Positions 60,188 through 64,000 of a stretch of 64,000 nt of DNA are shown here, in pieces. The stretch is from the NCBI GenBank assembly GCA_004555855.1, contig SFJQ01000001.1, forward strand, positions 32,974 to 96,973, read 5' to 3'. Positions within the stretch are counted from its first letter, which is position 1. Each line of letters starts with the position of its first letter. Source of the DNA: [Eubacterium] saphenum (lineage in GTDB: Bacteria; Bacillota; Clostridia; Oscillospirales; Ruminococcaceae). The notes under the pieces were generated by a model. It saw only the letters and a program-made list of their open reading frames with translations, had not been told where the DNA came from and did not search any database. The translations under genes and the position numbers were made by a program.

Positions 60188-60597
60188 CGATTAAGCTGAA
60201 AAAAGCTGATTTTGAGCAGATTGTGGCACACGCGAAATCCGAGCTGCCGAACGAGGCCTGCGGGCTGATTGCGGGGCGGGTTGACGGAGAAGTCAAGGTT
60301 GTGGAGAAGGTGTATTTTCTGACGAATATCGACCACTCCAACGAGCATTTTTCGCTTGACCCGAAGGAGCAGCTCGCGGCTGTGAAGGATATGCGCGCGA
60401 ATGGTTTTGCGCCGCTCGGGAACTGGCACTCGCACCCAGAGTCGCCGTCAAGACCGTCCGATGAGGACAAGCGCCTGGCATATGACAGCAAGGCAAGTTA
60501 TCTGATTTTGTCGCTGATGGATAAGAATGAGCCTGTTCTCAATTCGTTTAAGATTGAGGGCGAGAGCGCGGAAAAGGAAGATTTGCAGATAATATGA
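60184..60597 (+). CDS. JAB/MPN+ metallopeptidase (HcyD-like)
   Basis: NEACG, HSHP...PS..D. Confidence 0.92.
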   Translation: MTIKLKKADFEQIVAHAKSELPNEACGLIAGRVDGEVKVVEKVYFLTNIDHSNEHFSLDPKEQLAAVKDMRANGFAPLGNWHSHPESPSRPSDEDKRLAYDSKASYLILSLMDKNEPVLNSFKIEGESAEKEDLQII

Positions 60598-60623
60598 AAA
60601 AGGGCGGTCAAGCGACCGCCCTT
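60598..60623. terminator. Hairpin between convergent genes
   Basis: AAGGGCGGTC-AAGC-GACCGCCCTT. Confidence 0.7.
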
Positions 60624-60639
60624 GTTGTTGGGAACGCAT

Positions 60640-61047
60640 TTATTTATGCTCCACAATATCCTGAAGCGAAATCCCGTCAAAATACTCGTTTGTTAGGCGG
60701 TAAAAATCCTCCCAGACGTAGAGAGTAATGCACTTGTCCTTTCGCGGACAGTTGTTTTCGCCGTATTCAAGGCACGCGACAGGCGAAAGAGAACCCTCAG
60801 TTGCCCGAAGAACATCGCCGACTGTACATTTATCCGCGGGAACATTCAGCATATAGCCGCCCTTGTTGCCGCGATTTGTTCGGATAAGTCCGCCCTTGCT
60901 CAGCATCGGCACAATCTGCTCGAGGTATTTCTTGGAGATGCTCTGACGCTCGGCAATGTCAGCAAGCGAAATGTACTCCTCGCCCTGATTTTGTGCCAAA
61001 TCAACCAGCATTCGCAGCGCGTATCTTCCCTTTGTTGAAATTTTCAT
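60640..61047 (-). CDS. Rrf2-family regulator (IscR/CymR-like, three C-terminal Cys)
   Basis: MKISTKGRYALR, YLEQI, RGNKGGY, C-x6-C-x5-C; divergent from nifS-nifU. Confidence 0.92.
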   Translation of the reverse strand: MKISTKGRYALRMLVDLAQNQGEEYISLADIAERQSISKKYLEQIVPMLSKGGLIRTNRGNKGGYMLNVPADKCTVGDVLRATEGSLSPVACLEYGENNCPRKDKCITLYVWEDFYRLTNEYFDGISLQDIVEHK

Positions 61048-61169
61048 TTTATCAGCTCGCTTTCTGAAACTATTTTTATTCAAAAATATTTGTCTTTATT
61101 ATAACATACTTTTCATAGTTTTTCAAGGGGTTTTCTCGGAACTGAAAAAATTCTATAAGATTTATTAAA

Positions 61170-61226
61170 CCTATTGACAAAGTAGGGAAAATAGTGTATA
61201 ATATAATCACCTAGTTAAATAATAGG
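61170..61226 (+). promoter_or_regulatory. nifS promoter with two CCTA-N9-TAGG sites
   Basis: TTGACA (61174)-17-TATAAT (61197); motifs at 61170-61186 and 61210-61226. Confidence 0.8.
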
Positions 61227-61257
61227 TGAATGCAAGTGAAATAATGAGGTGAACGAA

Positions 61258-62448
61258 ATGATATACGCGGACAACGCAGCAACAACTAAAATGAGCGAAA
61301 AAGCCGTTGACGAAATGGTGAAATATATGCGCGAGTGCTATGGAAACCCGTCGAGCTTGTACGAGTTCGGGCAGGAAGCAAAGGTCGCGCTCGAGGACGC
61401 GAGAAACCGTATCGCAAAGTGTATCGGCGCGGACGCAAAGGAGATTTTCTTCACGTCCGGCGGAAGCGAAGCCGACAACCAAGCGATTTTTTCGGCTGCA
61501 AGGCTCGGTGAAAAACACGGTAAAAAGCACATAATCTCCACTGCTTTTGAACATCACGCTGTGCTGCACACGCTTGAAAAGCTGAAAAAACAGGGCTTCG
61601 ATGTCGAGCTGCTGGACGTGCATAAAAACGGAATTGTTAATCCCGAACAGGTGCGCGAGGCAATCCGTCCGGAAACCTGCCTTGTAACGGTGATGTTCGC
61701 CAACAATGAAATCGGCACAATTCAGCCAATAAAGGAAATCGGCGAAATTTGCCGCGAAAAAGGCGTGCTTTTCCACACGGACGCTGTGCAGGCTGTCGGG
61801 CATCTCCCCGTCAACGTCAGAGAGCAAAATATCGATTTGTTGTCGCTTTCCGCACACAAATTTCACGGTCCGAAAGGTATCGGCGTGCTGTACGCGAAAA
61901 AAGGCGTGGTGCTTGAAACGCTGATTAACGGCGGCGCTCAGGAGCGCGGAAAGCGTGCGGGTACGGAAAATCTTCCGGCAATCCGCGGAATGGCGGTTGC
62001 ACTCGAAGAAGCGGTCGGGAACATCGATAGTTATACGGCAAAACTAATCCCGTTACGAAACCGCTTGATTGAAGGCTTGAGCAAAATCCCGTACTCCGAG
62101 CTGAACGGTGACCGAGAAAACCGGCTTGCGGGAAACGTGAATTTCTGTTTTGAGGGCATCGAGGGCGAATCGCTGCTGTTGCTGCTCGATGACAAGGGAA
62201 TTTGCGCGTCGTCCGGCTCTGCGTGTACGTCCGGTTCGCTTGACCCGAGCCACGTTTTGTTGGCAATCGGCAGACCGCACGAGGTCGCGCACGGTTCGCT
62301 GCGCTTAACGCTCGGCGAGGAAACGACTGAGGAAGATGTCGATTATATCGTGAAATCGGTGAGCGAGGTTGTCGCGTATTTGCGCGGAATGTCGCCGTTC
62401 TGGAGAGATTTGGTAAACGGCAAACGTCCGCATATATTTGCAGAATGA
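61258..62448 (+). CDS. nifS: Cysteine desulfurase
   Basis: [32 protein letters not shown]. Confidence 0.96.
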   Translation: MIYADNAATTKMSEKAVDEMVKYMRECYGNPSSLYEFGQEAKVALEDARNRIAKCIGADAKEIFFTSGGSEADNQAIFSAARLGEKHGKKHIISTAFEHHAVLHTLEKLKKQGFDVELLDVHKNGIVNPEQVREAIRPETCLVTVMFANNEIGTIQPIKEIGEICREKGVLFHTDAVQAVGHLPVNVREQNIDLLSLSAHKFHGPKGIGVLYAKKGVVLETLINGGAQERGKRAGTENLPAIRGMAVALEEAVGNIDSYTAKLIPLRNRLIEGLSKIPYSELNGDRENRLAGNVNFCFEGIEGESLLLLLDDKGICASSGSACTSGSLDPSHVLLAIGRPHEVAHGSLRLTLGEETTEEDVDYIVKSVSEVVAYLRGMSPFWRDLVNGKRPHIFAE

Positions 62449-62460
62449 GAGGTATTTGAA

Positions 62461-62892
62461 ATGGCACTTTACAGCGAAAAAGTTATGGACCACTTCCGCA
62501 ATCCGAGAAATGTGGGAGTTATCGAAAACGCGGACGGCATAGGCGAGGTCGGAAACCCCGTCTGCGGCGATATTATGAAAATTTATCTGAAAATCAAGAA
62601 CGATGTGATTGAGGACGTGAAATTTGAAACGTTCGGCTGCGGAAGCGCGATTGCTTCAAGCTCGATGGCAACGGAGCTTATCAAGGGAAAGCCGCTCTCC
62701 GAGGCGCTTCAGCTGACGAACAAGGCGGTAACGGAGGCGCTGGACGGGCTGCCCGCGCATAAAATTCACTGCTCCGTGCTTGCCGAGGAAGCGATAAAAA
62801 AAGCTGTCAAGGATTATTACGACAAAAACGGCATCGAGTACGACCACGACTTGTTCCCCGACTGCGATGGCTGCGAGCACTGCTGTCACTGA
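62461..62892 (+). CDS. nifU: Fe-S scaffold NifU/IscU
   Basis: GNPVCGD, FGCGSA, KIHCS. Confidence 0.96.
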   Translation: MALYSEKVMDHFRNPRNVGVIENADGIGEVGNPVCGDIMKIYLKIKNDVIEDVKFETFGCGSAIASSSMATELIKGKPLSEALQLTNKAVTEALDGLPAHKIHCSVLAEEAIKKAVKDYYDKNGIEYDHDLFPDCDGCEHCCH

Positions 62893-62902
62893 AATTTGCA
62901 AA

Positions 62903-62941
62903 AAATACGCACTAAAGCTTTCCGCCTTAGTGCGTTTTTTT
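62903..62941. terminator. Bidirectional terminator
   Basis: ACGCACTAA...TTAGTGCGT flanked by A and T runs. Confidence 0.75.
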
Positions 62942-63464
62942 ATTGATTATCCTGCTTGTCCGCTGCGGTAATCGGCGCCATCGGTTTGATGGTCTGCTGC
63001 TGGATATTGTTCGCGCCGGAAATGCTTTTGCGGAGAAGCTGAAGGTCGCTCAAATCCTTCTTGAGCAGCTCCTCAACCCGCGCGAGCATCTTGTCCGCGA
63101 AATCATCTGTCGAAACGCGCAAATCCGTGCATCTCGCCTGAGCCGCGCTGATAACCTCGGTTGCCCGCTTGCGCGCTTCCTTCATAATGTCCGACTCCTC
63201 GATAAGCTCGCGGCGGCGCTGTTCAGCCTTGCGTATAATCCCCTCAGCCTCTTTCTCGGCGTCATGGATAATGCGGTTCTTATCCTCGACAACCTTCTGC
63301 GCCTGACGAATTTCCGTCGGCAGCGCAAGACGCATATCGCTTACAATATCGTTCAGCTTCGCCACGTCAACCATACTTTTCTTGCCGAACGGAACGCGCG
63401 TTGCGTCATGAATGAGGTCTTCGAGCATTTCAATCAGGTCTTCAATCGAATAAGAATTCTGCAT
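62940..63464 (-). CDS. Conserved coiled-coil protein typically following coaD
   Basis: VPF.....VD, LPTEIRQA pattern; RBS GGAGGG. Confidence 0.75.
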   Translation of the reverse strand: MQNSYSIEDLIEMLEDLIHDATRVPFGKKSMVDVAKLNDIVSDMRLALPTEIRQAQKVVEDKNRIIHDAEKEAEGIIRKAEQRRRELIEESDIMKEARKRATEVISAAQARCTDLRVSTDDFADKMLARVEELLKKDLSDLQLLRKSISGANNIQQQTIKPMAPITAADKQDNQ

Positions 63465-63481
63465 ATATTTTCCCTCCAAAT

Positions 63482-64000
63482 TTAATCTTTATTTTCACCG
63501 CTGCGGAATTTCGCGGCAGCCTTTTTCTCGTCAAATTCGAGCTTCAGCTTTCGGCTGATTTCCTCGTGTATCACTGCGGGAACGTATTTCGACAAATCGC
63601 CGCCGAACATCGCCACCTGCTTTACCATGCTTGAAGAAACGAACGTCGTGCCAAGCGAGGCGGGCAGGAAAACCGTTTCTGCGCGCGGATTGAGGTCTTT
63701 GTTGGTGTGCGCCATCTGGAACTCATACTCAAAGTCCGATGTCGCCCTCAGCCCCTTTACAATAACGTCAACATCGCTGCGCTGCTTGAAATAGTCCGCG
63801 AGCAGCCCGTCATAGCTGTCGATTTCAATATTTTTCATACCCTCTGTTGCCTTCATCAACAGATTTCTGCGCTCGATAATCGAGAAGCTGTACGTTTTCA
63901 GCGGGTTTATCAAAACCACAACAATCAGCTTGTCAAACATTCCCGACGCGCGTTTGATTATATCAAGATGCCCGTTCGTAACGGGATCGAAGCTGCCCGG
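63482..64000 (-). CDS. coaD: Phosphopantetheine adenylyltransferase (5' end outside the window)
   Basis: PGSFDPVTNGH at the window edge, KGLRATSDFEYE, SSSMVK. Confidence 0.95.
   Translation of the reverse strand, partial: PGSFDPVTNGHLDIIKRASGMFDKLIVVVLINPLKTYSFSIIERRNLLMKATEGMKNIEIDSYDGLLADYFKQRSDVDVIVKGLRATSDFEYEFQMAHTNKDLNPRAETVFLPASLGTTFVSSSMVKQVAMFGGDLSKYVPAVIHEEISRKLKLEFDEKKAAAKFRSGENKD

Noticed and set aside
59175..60597. ThiS/ThiF/JAB as thiamine biosynthesis or a ubiquitin-like anti-phage system
   Set aside because: No thiG/thiH, E2 or CD-NTase nearby; the metY and sulfite reductase context fits sulfur assimilation

Overview
Chromosomal window from an anaerobic, probably spore-forming Bacillota (Clostridia) genome; gene content suggests Oscillospiraceae/Ruminococcaceae (inference). 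It carries housekeeping genes (alaS, purB, recJ, relA, a complete V/A-type ATPase operon, ung, nifJ/PFOR, radA, ispE, fakA, recG, partial coaD), sporulation genes (cwlD-like, ylbJ, yqfC/yqfD) and a SCIFF ranthipeptide locus. A ~14 kb sulfur region encodes an ABC importer, a signal-less arylsulfotransferase-like protein, thioredoxins/TrxB, a thiocarboxylate-type MetY-Sir-TusA-ThiS-ThiF-JAB operon, two Rrf2 regulators and nifS/nifU. The most striking unexplained structure is non-coding. Nine intergenic loci (about 4 kb, ~6% of the window) are built from a shared kit of hairpin modules that show compensatory base changes, are shuffled between loci, form long inverted arms around a core at convergent gene junctions, and coincide with sharp local G/C strand-skew flips. 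No transposase, CRISPR array, tRNA or rRNA was found. All base counts and alignments were done by eye.
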